Positions 1-11,027 of a DNA stretch of 64,000 nt are shown here, one piece after another; the stretch's first letter is position 1, and each line of letters begins with the position of its first letter. The position numbers and the translations under genes are program-made. Where the stretch lies: assembly GCA_047967505.1 (NCBI GenBank), contig CM106538.1. One strand, given 5' to 3'. Source of the DNA: Dipteris shenzhenensis. Lineage: Eukaryota. A model generated the notes under the pieces. It was not told where the DNA came from and made no database searches. It saw only the letters and a list, made by a program, of their open reading frames with translations.

Positions 1-869
1 CCTTGATGCTAGACAGACCTGCCTTGGCTTCCCACCTCCTTGCTGATCTCATGTACCAAGGACCGAGGCGGTAGGAGGCCATTTGACATCCTTCCATGCC
101 CCAATGAGATGGCATGTTTGTCCTAATTTCATTAAATGGTCCCCTCCTTTTCTGTCATACGTTTAACCTCTTTAGGTGAGCCTTCGGATCCTTCCTTTTG
201 CGATTCTTATGAGGACTAACCTTATCTCTTCATCATTTACTTTTGCATTGAGAGTGATTTGAAAACATTATGGGTGATGTGACAATAACAGACTGTCAAC
301 ACACTCCTTAAAAGTTATCTTCCATTTGGGGGAGTGTTGGAGCCCTCCTACACCAACCTCTTCAATGTTGCAATGGTGTGTTGCAGCTCTGTGCGTACCT
401 ATGATATCTAAAAGTACCGAATATGACTGCAATGTGAGACTTTGTGGGCTTGTAAAAGTGCAACTTAGTATGGCATGTAGCTGGAATGATAACATGCCAT
501 AAACTTCTAGAGTGACATGAAAACATCTTTCTTGGATTTTGATGATCCTTTGTGCAGGGGATTTTGATGGCCCTTTGTGCAGGGCTGTCCTCGTGGCACT
601 CCCATGGAGCATTGCCAACAATGGGGCTGACCATGGGCCCTGACAAGGGCAGAAAGAAAAGAAAGAAAGAAAGAAATTTTATTAGAGTCTTCGGAAGACC
701 GATGGTTCTATGAGGCTGAAAGAAAACCTGGTACAAATGACAGCAAGGGTGGAGCTATTGAAACAAGCATCATCACCCGTGCTGAACCCTAAGTTTGATC
801 ATACATAATGAAATACATCTGGATGTAACAATGAAAAGAAAAGAAAAGGACTGGAGCGGAGCAGAATCC

Positions 870-1507
870 TCCGTATGTCATGTCGCCCTGGCTGGTGCAT
901 AGCCGGTGATGGGACGTTGGCGCCCGTCAAGGTGTGCCGTGCGTCTCGGTCTCATGGACGAGGCTCGACACAATACCAGAGCCACTGTGACTCCCATGGG
1001 ACGTATTTCGGGTCTAAACAATGACGGGAGGTCCCCCAGAGTGATCTGCGTCCCCCCTTGATGGCTCGTGTCGTGCTGCGATCGTCGGGTCGGGGTCTCT
1101 GTCACGTCTGCGGCTAGAGACTGGACGATCAATGTCAGTCATGGGAAGAACTCTATGATCCTGCTCTGAGAGGTGTCTGATGATGTGGCCAAGCCTCATC
1201 GCCTGAGTAAGTACTCTCTGTGTCGTACCATGTCAATAGTGTTACGCTGCTCCACCTTGCAGGACTATGCCTCTGTCCTGCCATACGCATGTTGTAGGTC
1301 TGTGTGGCAATTTGGAGTCTTGGAGAGCTTCCTTAGATGCATCTTACAATGCCCCAATGGGGCCGCTCTATAGGAAGCGCTAAATGCTTCCTAATTTGGC
1401 CAACTGAGGGGGACAGGTTGGCCGATCTGGCAGAGAGACCAGGCCTTGATAGGGTGCCTACAAAAGGCCCCAGTGGTAGCGACCTCGAATCTCGTGGTAC
1501 ACTGAGC
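870..1507 (-). mobile_element. LINE (RTE-X-like) 3' fragment, degenerate
   Basis: The minus strand of 1471-1507 reads gctcagtgtaccacgagattcgaggtcgctaccactg (VYHEIRGRYH), nearly identical to the plus-strand LINE motif at 1665-1701. A GC-rich tail follows. The left boundary is approximate. Confidence 0.5.
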
Positions 1508-1509
1508 TT

Positions 1510-1790
1510 CATATGTCTCACTATCTCCATCGGACAGTTTCGGGTATCATCACACCACCTCCGCATAGAGAGCGGCAGAGCAGAGGGGATTCCTAGGGAG
1601 CATCGCTTATGCATATTGTGCGACTGTCAGGAGGTTGAGTCGGAGGAGCATTTAATTTTCAGGTGCCCAGTGTACTATGAGATCCGAGGTCGCTACCACT
1701 GCCTCTTTAGAGAGGACTCCGGGCTCCTTTCCAGATTCCTCGCCTACCCAGATCAGAGATGCCTCGCGGCCTTCATTCACGAGGGTGGTA
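1510..1790 (+). mobile_element. LINE (RTE-X-like) ORF2 C-terminal zinc-finger fragment
   Basis: ISIGQFRVSSHHLRIESGR...REHRLCILCDCQEVESEEHLIFRCPVYYEIRGRYH matches the SSHxLxIExGR...C-x2-C...E-x-H...C motif at the C-terminus of non-L1 LINE ORF2. Confidence 0.75.
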
Positions 1791-2503
1791 CGTATACATA
1801 CATATACATGCACATGTATTTCTCAAGCCAACCCCCAGATTAGCAGTGATGAAGATAGATCTTTAATATAAAATTTGCACTTGAGAATAATGAGTTGGAG
1901 CTCTTGCTTTCCTTTGCTGTTGGAGCTCTTGAATTCTTTTGTTCATGGAGCTCTTGCATTCTTGTTTTTTGGGCATTGACTTAGGAGGCTGAAACCAAGA
2001 GGTCTTAATCTCATTGAAGTAATCCTCACACACGCTGCTGGAGGTTAGAGTGATGTGGTTGATACTCCTGTTTATAAGAAGCTTGTTGAGAGCCTCATTA
2101 TCTCACAATTTCTTTTATAACAATAAGTATAAAAACATCTCATCTTGAAGCTCCGTGTCATAGCAATGCCGTACATCATATATTAGTGTTAGCAGATGTT
2201 TTTCAGATCATTGTCAAATAAAGAGCTAATGTACCTTTTCAAAACATAAATATTGAGAGTGACTTGTCAGACCCACTTATGAATTGGGTTTCCAGATATG
2301 GCGAGTAAGTAGCCCACTCTACATAGCGAACCAAGTTATTGTTGAAACACCTGATAATTGTATGGAAGCTAGAATTATTTGACAAATTCTGTAATTTTCT
2401 AATGTTTGATGTGAAAGGAAAGCAGGTGTCTTGTACTACACCTTTCTGGTATGCATTTCCAGGTGTAAAAGCTTATTATCTTGTGGATAATTACTTGGTT
2501 CAG

Positions 2504-3606
2504 GATGCCAATGGAAAGTGGTTCTGCTGCAATGATGCTCATGTTACAGCGGTCAGTTCACAATTAGTATTTCAAGAAAAGGCATACATTTTATTTTATG
2601 TCCGTAAGAATGTAAGGGCGAAAGTCAAGGATTATAGACCTACTCAAAATGGCCATATGCCGAGCTCAATCCAAGCTCAACCAGCTCATTTGGAAGTTGA
2701 ACGGGTCTCTGCGAAGGAGAATCTTCCACTTGGAAAGTGCAGTCCAGTAAGCATGAGTACCGATAAAGTAGACGATGCACAGCTCGTAAAGTTCAACCTT
2801 TGCAAAGCTGGTGCACACGGGCAAACCCGGAAACTTTTCAGTAATGTTAATGGACGAGTAGGAAGGTCTCCATTATCTTGCAAAATTGTGAATGAGTTTG
2901 CAAAACTAGAGAAGCAGTCATCTTCTATGCATCTATCGTCAAATGAAAGTTTTAAGGATGCACAGAATTCTTCTATTTTAGTTAATGGGGGTTCGGCATC
3001 ACAAAAGCAAGGTGCAGGGAATCTACAATCTGGAAACTCTGACTTGATACAACATGCTGTAGAATGTGCCTGCTCTGGTTCAGGTGCAACCAAGAAAAGT
3101 ACTCATGATAATAGGGATGATAATTGTCAGAAACAAGAAGCTGCTTCAAGGAGAGGCTCGAATAAGTTCATGGAGACAACAGAGAGTATATATAGTCATA
3201 TTGAAAGAAATGCCCTCTCAGAAAGGACAAATGGTAGAGGGGGGGATGCAAATGGTCATGTAGGAAGTCTGGGAGATGCTGAGGAGCTAGCAAGCTTGCA
3301 TAGAGACACCATGACGCAGCAGCAGCAACTGATTACTCAACTTTCAGGTGGCAGTGTTGGAGAGGACTCAGATATCCAGGGCTGCAGGAAAAGCCAGATA
3401 GAATTGAGGTTAAGGGAGAGTGAGGCTTGTGACAAAACGTATGGTGGAGTAAAGAGGAAAGCTCTTGATGGCCCCTTGTGTTTGAACTCCGGGGGGAGGG
3501 AGGGTGAGCATATTCAAAGGAATACTGGTATGGACATGCTTTCTAATGACTCTTCTTGCCAGCAGTATCCAGTTCACGAAGCTGAGCTCCGGATCCTTAA
3601 GCTTGG
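2504..3606 (+). CDS. UBP25: UBP25-like ubiquitin-specific protease, internal exon (end of catalytic domain plus low-complexity linker)
   Basis: Acceptor ttggttcag|G at 2503/2504. Encodes DANGKWFCCNDAHVTAVSSQLVFQEKAYILFYVR (end of the USP His-box region), then a Ser/Gly/Asn-rich linker. Donor GG|gtaaga at 3606/3607 (phase 2). Earlier exons lie outside the window. The symbol rests on recalled similarity of the C-terminus to Arabidopsis UBP25. Confidence 0.9.
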
Positions 3607-3748
3607 GTAAGAGTAGACATCTTGCCTGATCTTGTGTTATTACACAATCCAGCTATAGCAAGTGCATTCTTTATTGTAAACCCAAGCTTTCCCCAATTAT
3701 GTGTTGACCTATTTTTTTTGTTTTTCCTGGTTCTTGTTTCTGTTCCAG

Positions 3749-3883
3749 GCTTGCAACTGAGAGTCGTGAACAGCTGCACCGTTCTGGGTGGTGTGACACT
3801 GTGCGTGATTGTTTTCGAGCTGTGAAGCGAGAGCGCTTGCTGCAAGAATCTTGGTCTACAGATGTGAAGAAGGAGATATCGAG
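3749..3883 (+). CDS. UBP25: UBP25-like protease, penultimate exon
   Basis: Acceptor tgttccag|G follows a polypyrimidine tract. In frame with the previous exon: (G)LATESREQLHRSGWCDTVRDCFRAVKRERLLQESWSTDVKKEIS(R). Ends at AG|gcaagt, a GC donor. Confidence 0.85.
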
Positions 3884-4149
3884 GCAAGTAAACAAATGTT
3901 ATTCGGTGACTTGTTTTCTGCTTCTGCTTTATGGAAATTGTGAAAATTAATGATGAGATAACATTACCAGTCTCCTTAAAGCACGTGCAACCTTTCAGGA
4001 TGGGACCTAGACAACTGTCTGAATTTTGATGTTCCCTTAGGTGCTTTGTAAATTGTTATAGATGTTCACAAGTAAATATGCTCCTAGAGCTGAGCTCAAA
4101 TAAAACAATATGCTGGACGAAACCTTTAATAAAGAAGATTGGTACATAA

Positions 4150-4750
4150 TGTGGCAGGTATACACTGTATGAGCCACCCTGCAGTGGAAGCTACTCTGGA
4201 GTTGGTGCTCCCATTATACACCGAAGACTGCCTTTACATATAAGACCTTTAGGTAGATTCTGGGATTCTTCTTGGGAAGTGGATGGATGGCAGCGAGCCA
4301 GAAATGTTTCTATTGGATGCCCAGCTTGGGCCTCTCACAGCTATGTACGCTTTTGTTCTCAAACCAGTGCTGACACTGAATTGTCAGCATCTGTGCTTCC
4401 AGATCACGGATTCAAGAGCAGACCACTAAAATACAACTGTGTGTACCCGTGGTCCTAGCCTAGCTTTCTAACCCTTCCAAAAGAAGATGGGCTATTTGGA
4501 TGCTTATGCTTTTTTTCGGGAATTGAGCAAAGAGAAAAACTAAGCCGGCCAGATGGAATGCAGTTTTCCACATGTTTGTAGCAAGCAGCAAATTCAAGAC
4601 ATTGCAAAGAAGTCCATGAGCTGTGGGAGTTGAGGATGCTTTTTGCCTGAATTCAGCCGTGGAGGCCTTTCCCTGAAAAGTTGATGCATCTCTCTCCGGA
4701 AGAATAATTAGCTGTCATATGGTTGCTACAATGGCCTTTTTGTCGTACAC
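4150..4750 (+). mobile_element. possible highly decayed L1-type LINE remnant (post-RT region)
   Basis: Broken frames give YSGVGAPI (cf. YLGVP) and TLPKEDGLFG (cf. xPKxxGGLG) in the expected order, with many stops. Confidence 0.3.
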
Positions 4751-5744
4751 ATGGGATTGTTAGCTTTCCCATATTTCGTGTGTATATTATGAGCAGGTTT
4801 AAGTGCAACAAAAAGGAGACTACTGAAGAAGCATCATGAGGCTTGATACATTTCATTTTCTTATTAAGTGTGTTTTTGTAGAACTACCAATAGATGCGTT
4901 AAAGAGAGATGGCCTTGTATAAGATCCTAAACATATCATCAATTTGAGAACTTTAGTTATCACTTCAAGCTTGATTTACTTGCTTTATAGTGTGCTTAAA
5001 AGAAAAAAGTCCTTGACTTAGGAAATGCTAAAACTAAAAGAACTCAAGAAGAGTGGAAATTTGACTTGGATGAAATTGAGGATCCCACCCTCTCAACTAG
5101 ATGATCGGATAGTTCCTCTCAAGTTCTCTAGACGTGCCTTATAATAACTACGACTAAGCAAGCATGGGTTGGCAAACATCAGATGCACTGTACGCCTTGC
5201 AAGTGCCTTTTTTGCTGAAAGGTGCGTCATATCATCTCTACTCGCATGGTTCAAATTTGCACCATTGATGTGTTAGTTTGCACTTTTTAGACTGCTATAC
5301 TTTTATTCGATGGCGTGTAACTCTATACACTTTGAGGATTGGTTCATCCCATCAATCTTGCTCACATTTCAATTGCTTCTGGTTGGTGATGATTTGTTAT
5401 GATTAATGATGAGCTTATAACTTGATCTTCTTTAGAACATTTGAACCCTCTCTCTCAAAATGCTATAGTTGATCACAACTCTTTTAGTGGCCTTATTGAG
5501 TATAATGGACTCAAACGCTGTCCTTTAATGGACTACATGGCTGATCATTGTAACAAACTGACATTATTTAGTTCTTCTAGTTTGTGCACATCCTATAGAT
5601 CCATTGCTGTTTTATTCACGATGTTTATGGTAAAGGTCTAATGCTACGTGGTGTTGGTTTTTTTCATTTTCCTTTTCGAAAGAGGGAGGGGCGGGGGGTC
5701 TGTGTTAATCAAATTTCTTTTGATCTATCCCAAGACGATCAATA

Positions 5745-6896
5745 TGTTAAGAAATGACCCAACTGAGGGTACGCACAGCGGAAGACTGATAGTATTGCCC
5801 AGAAGCTCACACAGTCTGGTGTGGGGTGTGGAATCACAGACTTCTTAACTTAATGTGCATAGATGTGCAAGCCAGTAAATAGACAATGCTCAGAAACAAA
5901 TATAGAAGCAACTCTTTATATTTCCGTCCGTCCACAAAGTAGGACAGGATACAATACCATAAGGTTCTCCTACTAGATGTCAAGCACTTCTAGATCTCTG
6001 AGCCCGCGTGCTCCACCTCGAGCAAATGCAGACTCTCTGTCTAGAGTGATCCTCTCCACCTTGCTGTCTGGAAACCAGCCTAGGTGGGCAGCCCTTCTCA
6101 ACCAAGTTGCAGCTTCTCTGTACCTCCTTCACCTCTTGGGTATAGGCCCAATGTAGGTCTAGTGCTGCTCCTATCTGTTGGCTGAAGTGCTGCTCTAGAT
6201 GATGTGGAATGAGGGCATGGAAGGCCTCCTTTTATAGGGCACAAGGCCCCCTTGAATGGACCGACCAGCCAGCCTCATCCTGTACCTCCTTCACCTCCTG
6301 GATATAGGCCCAAGGTAGGTCTAGTGCTGCTCCTATCTGTTGGCTGAAGTGCTGCTCTAGATGATGTGGAATGAGGGCATGGAAGCCCTCCTTTTATAGG
6401 GCACAAGGTCCCCTTGAATGGACCGACCAGCCAGCCTCATCCTGGCCGACCAGACTGGCCGACCAGTCTGCTTGCTGGCCGACCTGGTTGGCTGGTCCAA
6501 CCAGCCCTATATAAGGGCCTTAGCCAGGCCCTTCTGGGTTGCTGCTAGGCTGCCGTTTTGTTGCTGCTGGAGACCCTGTTGCAGGCCGCATACCTGCCCA
6601 TAGACCCCCACCATGCAGCCGTACAGGTCGGTGCCATGTTCAGGACCTGCTGCAGGCACTAACCCTGCGCACAAGCCTGCCCAAGCAGGTCGCTATGCTG
6701 CGCCTCCAATTGTGCCCTGTTCTGCCATTGTACAGCCTCTGCCAGGCCCTTCCTTGGCACTTGGATTCCATAGCTTTGTGCTGCCCGCATAACAGCTCAT
6801 GTGCTGCCCATGTGGCAGCCCCATTCTCCCCAGGTCTACCTTCCCCATGCTCTCCTCATATGGGGGCTTACAGATGGGGAGGTGACCATTCCAACA
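5745..6896 (-). repeat. 3' LTR of Copia element
   Basis: TGTTAAGAAATG...TTCCAACA, colinear with 9232-11200. Contains an internal 162-bp tandem duplication (6119-6280 / 6281-6442). Confidence 0.92.
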
Positions 6897-7609
6897 CCCC
6901 CTCTCACCGACAAATCCAGGCCCAATGCCAACACGCCGATGACGATGCTCCAGTAACTCCCTTGTCGTAGTCCTCTGGAACTTTTCGATGTCGAAATCTT
7001 TTCATGGCTTTTCATCCAGTGGCTCCTGCTCCACCAGGTCTGGTTCCGCTTCCGCATAGCATCTTGGTACACAGGTCCATCTTTGGTAGTTCCTCCTGGC
7101 ACCACCATCTTCAGTCATGTTCCTGCCTTCGAACTCGATCAATCCAGCCATCACGATCTTCCAATTGTCCCCCTCATAATGAGTGAACAACCTAGAGTCT
7201 TCTAGGCACCATGCTTTGAGGGTCTGTTTCAACCTGTCCTTCCTTTGGTAAGGTGTGTAACCAATGAATATCTCCAGATAACCTGGACCATGAACTCTCT
7301 CTGAGTTCTCAAGCAGGTACTCTTTTGGCTTCAATACCCTTTGTCCATCACCTTCCAGCAATTTGCGTCCGAGATTTGAAGGACCAATACTTCCTCTTCT
7401 GCCTTCGAAGAAGGCCAATTCCTTCCAATCTCGCATCCCCTGAGACAAATGAAGAGCAGAGTGTCTCCACAACATGCTATAAAGGCTTAAATGCAGAACA
7501 TTAAGTACATATCAGACCGTCGTACTACCTGTCTGCTTGCTCTGAAAGCAAATCATATACCTCATCGAGGCACCCACCAAAAGCTTGTGTAATCTTGTAC
7601 TGTCCCCTT

Positions 7610-8908
7610 TTAAAGTATGGCTCCATCTGACCATGAGACCCCAGGGCCCTCCATGGAATCCACCATCGTGTCAGTGTCAACAGCTATGCACCTAGAAGGT
7701 ACCAAGCGCTCCATGCTATCCTTCACCTTCAGAAAGGCATCTGACTCCTCGTCGACCCACATCTCTATGTTAGACATCCTCACTGTGGTTTCTTGGTTAA
7801 CGTATCTGACCTCGGTAGCACACGGTGATCCCACTAGGAACAACTCTTCGATTACCACATTTGCCTTGGCCTTTGTATCTCCCTCTGAATCCGAGTCGGA
7901 TTCCTTCCTTTTGTTTTTCTGATCCGTCTTCTTCTTTCTACAGTCTTTTGCAAAATGTCCTATCGTATCATAGCAGTAGCACTTCTTCTTCTGCTTCCTC
8001 TTGGAAGTATCATTGTCATCAGAGTCGTCTTTCTTGGACTTGCCACCATTAGGCTTTCCCTTACCTTTGCTAGCATAGTCCTTCGTCAGCAATGCCTTGT
8101 CGTCTTTGTCGTCGTTGTAGAGCTTCTCCCTAGCTTCCTCCTGTAGCAGTAATGGACCCAACTCCTTAAACGTCAGAGTTTTGGTCCTTTTGTATCTCCC
8201 TCTGAATCTGAGATGGACTCCTTCCTTTTGTTTTTCTGATCCGCCTTCTTCTTTCTACAGTATTTTGCAAAATGTCCTGTCATATCATAGTAGAAGCACT
8301 TCTTCTTCTGCTTCCTCTTGAAAGTATCCTCGTCATCAGAGTCCTCTTTCTTGGACTTGCCACCGTTAGGCTTTCCCTTACCTTTGCGAGTGTAGTCCTT
8401 CACCAGCAACGCCTTGTCGTCTTTGTCGTTGTTGTAGAGCTTCTCCCTAGCTTTCTCATGTAGCAGTTTTGGATCCAACTCCTCAAACGTCAGAGGTTTG
8501 GTCCTCTGCTGCTGTCACAATCGTAACAAAGCTCTTGAAACTCCGAGGTAGCCTCCTCAGTACCATCAAGGCCAAATGGCATGAGTCCACCTTCTTACCA
8601 ACTGATGCCAGTTGATCCCTCACCACCTTGACCTTCGTCAAGTGGCTATGCACCGAATCTCCCTCTTCCATATCAAGATTGTATAGTGGATGCCGAAGAA
8701 ACAAAATCTGGGAGTTGTTGTTTGTCTCGTATAGATCCTTTAGAGTGACCCACGCCTCTACTGACATCTCAGCCATTTGGATATGAGGAAGAACAGAGTC
8801 CGCTGTAGTCCCTACGATCAATGCCAGGGCATGGGCATTGCTGTCTTCCCAAGCTTCAAGCTCCAACGTGTCTACTGGCATGAGTATCTTCCCTTGCTTG
8901 TCCACCAT
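7610..8908 (-). pseudogene. Copia gag (UBN2-type domain plus duplicated CCHC zinc knuckle), frameshifted
   Basis: AWEDSNAHALALIV...AWVTLKDLY...LxMEEGDSVxxH...LRRLPRSF is the Copia gag signature. CYCYDTIGHFAKDC and CFYYDMTGHFAKYC lie in a ~318-bp tandem duplication. Confidence 0.85.
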
Positions 8909-9861
8909 GTCCTCCGGCTTCGCCTCCGTTCCCGGATAGTGATTGAGAGAAAACTAGGGGAGGAGGAAGGGAGAGTTGGGACTGAAGAGGCTTTAGCGGT
9001 CGACATCTCGGCTGTTATACCACACAGCAAAGTCAACCAAACTCAATTTTCAGTAGACCAGAACTCTGAACACACTTGATTGAGCGTGAGTTACCCTCCT
9101 TCTCGCAAGGGCACTGTCCTCCAGTCGCGGAAGTCGATTTCCAAGAGCTTCTGAATCAGGGTCGTCCTTCAGCAAGGTCCCTGCCTTCCGGCTCCCACAC
9201 TTGTGAGCCTCCTACTTGGGCTCTGATACCATGTTAGAAATGGCCCAATAGAGGGTACGAACAATGAAAGACTGATAGTATTGCCCACGAGCTCACACAG
9301 TGTGGTGTGGGGTGTGGAATCACTAACTTCTTAACTTAATGTGCATAGATGTGCAAGCTAGTAAATAGACAATGCTCAGAAACAAATATAGAAGCAACTC
9401 TTGATGTTTCCATCCGTCCACATAGTAGGACAGGATACAATACCAAAAGGTTCTCCTACTAGATGTCAAGCACTTCTAGATCTCTGAGCCCGCGTGCTCC
9501 ACCTCGAGCAAATGTAGACTCTCTGTCTAGAGTGATTCTCTCCACCTTGCTGTCTGGAAACCAGCCTAGGTGGGCAGCCCTTCTCAACTTAGTCTGGAGC
9601 TTCTTTGTACCTCTTTCACCTCCTGGATATAGGCACAAGGTAGGTCTAGTGCTGCTCCAGATGATGTGGAATGAGGGCATGGAAGCCCTCCTTTTATAGG
9701 GCACAAGGACCCCTTGAATGGACCGACCAGCCAGTCTCATCCTGGCCGACCAGTCTGCTTGCTGGCCGACCTGGTTGGCTGGTCCAACCAGCCCTATATA
9801 AGGGCCCTAGCCAGGCCCTTTTGGGTTGCTGCTAGGCTGCCCTTTTGTTGCTGCTGGAGAT

Positions 9862-10318
9862 TGTCACCTATCTCTGATTTTCTCTCTTCAAAGATCACGG
9901 GAGTAGCACCTTTCATTTCCTCCCAGCCAATTCTTGCTAAGGCTCAAAGCGAGACAGAGATCTACATTCAAATCCACGTGAATCAAATCCTTCACTTCTC
10001 TCTCTAGCCTTAGCAAACCCCATATCCCTAGATAGATCTAGATGCCACATGTCATCCATATAGGGCCTTCCTAATGCAACATTTCACCCCTCTCTTGGGA
10101 TGCATTTAATTCCTTGCCCCTAGGCACAATCTTTGCACTAGGCCCTTGGTCTCAGATCTATCTAGTCTGGTGCTATCAGCCCTCACCTAGGACCTTGACA
10201 TTAAATCCCTCCTGATCATTTACATGAAGCGCAAACACATATATTACAGAGATAGATCCTATAAGGGAAATGTCGACTGATTCCTCCGAGGTCATGCTAC
10301 CTCGGCTAGAGCGTAACA
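9862..10318. mobile_element. solo LTR of an unrelated LTR retrotransposon
   Basis: TGTCAC...GTAACA termini with 5-bp TSD GAGAT (9857-9861, 10319-10323). The sister LTR has the empty site (ggagaccctgtt at ~6569). Confidence 0.88.
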
Positions 10319-10480
10319 GAGATCCTGTTGCAGGCTGCATACCTGCCCATAGACCCCTGCCATGCAGTCATACAGGTCCGTGCCATGTTCAGGACCTGCT
10401 GCAGGCACTAACCCTGCGCACGAGCCTGGCCAAGCAGGTCGCCGTGCTGCACCTCCAATTGTGCACTGTTCCGCCATTGT

Positions 10481-11027
10481 CATAGTTGCACATGAAACGC
10501 GTATCATACATGATACAAGTATGAAACCCGTAAACGTTTCATACGTATGAAATCGGTTTCATACAGCCCCAATTATTGATAGACAGTACTAGGAGGATTC
10601 AAGATCTTTGGATTCCATTTGTAGTTTTACCTTTTTACCTTCATGGTCCATGGAGGTCTTGGGAAGATCATTGATGACTCTAGTTTTTTTAATGATCAGT
10701 ATTCAGTATGTATGATCAGTATGATCAGGATTCAGTATGTATGTGTGATGATGATCATTGAGTACTGTAGGATGTATGATCGTTGATTCTAGCTTTTTGT
10801 ATGATCAGGATTCAGTATATATGGTGCTCATACTTGATATGTATGCTTTTTGTATCATGTTTGCACTATGGAGTCACTTACAATCTTTATTTGCACATTT
10901 TTGTATATGGCATGATGCATACCCTAGGTATAAATGCACATATTTTCACATTCCGAATGAAACCCGTTTCATTCATTTTTTGAAACCCGTTTGAAACCTC
11001 CCGTTTCAAAAACTCTTGGCAACTATG
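10481..11027. mobile_element. non-autonomous hAT-type DNA transposon (MITE)
   Basis: 9-bp TIR CATAGTTGC...GCAACTATG and 8-bp TSD GCCATTGT (10473-10480, 11028-11035). Subterminal TGAAAC/GTTTCA motifs cluster at both ends. The sister LTR has a single GCCATTGT (~6724). Confidence 0.92.

Noticed and set aside
2339-2503. N-terminal 55 aa of the 423-aa ORF as the protein start
   Set aside because: Non-ATG start and AT-rich intron-like sequence. USP homology begins exactly after the cag acceptor at 2503.
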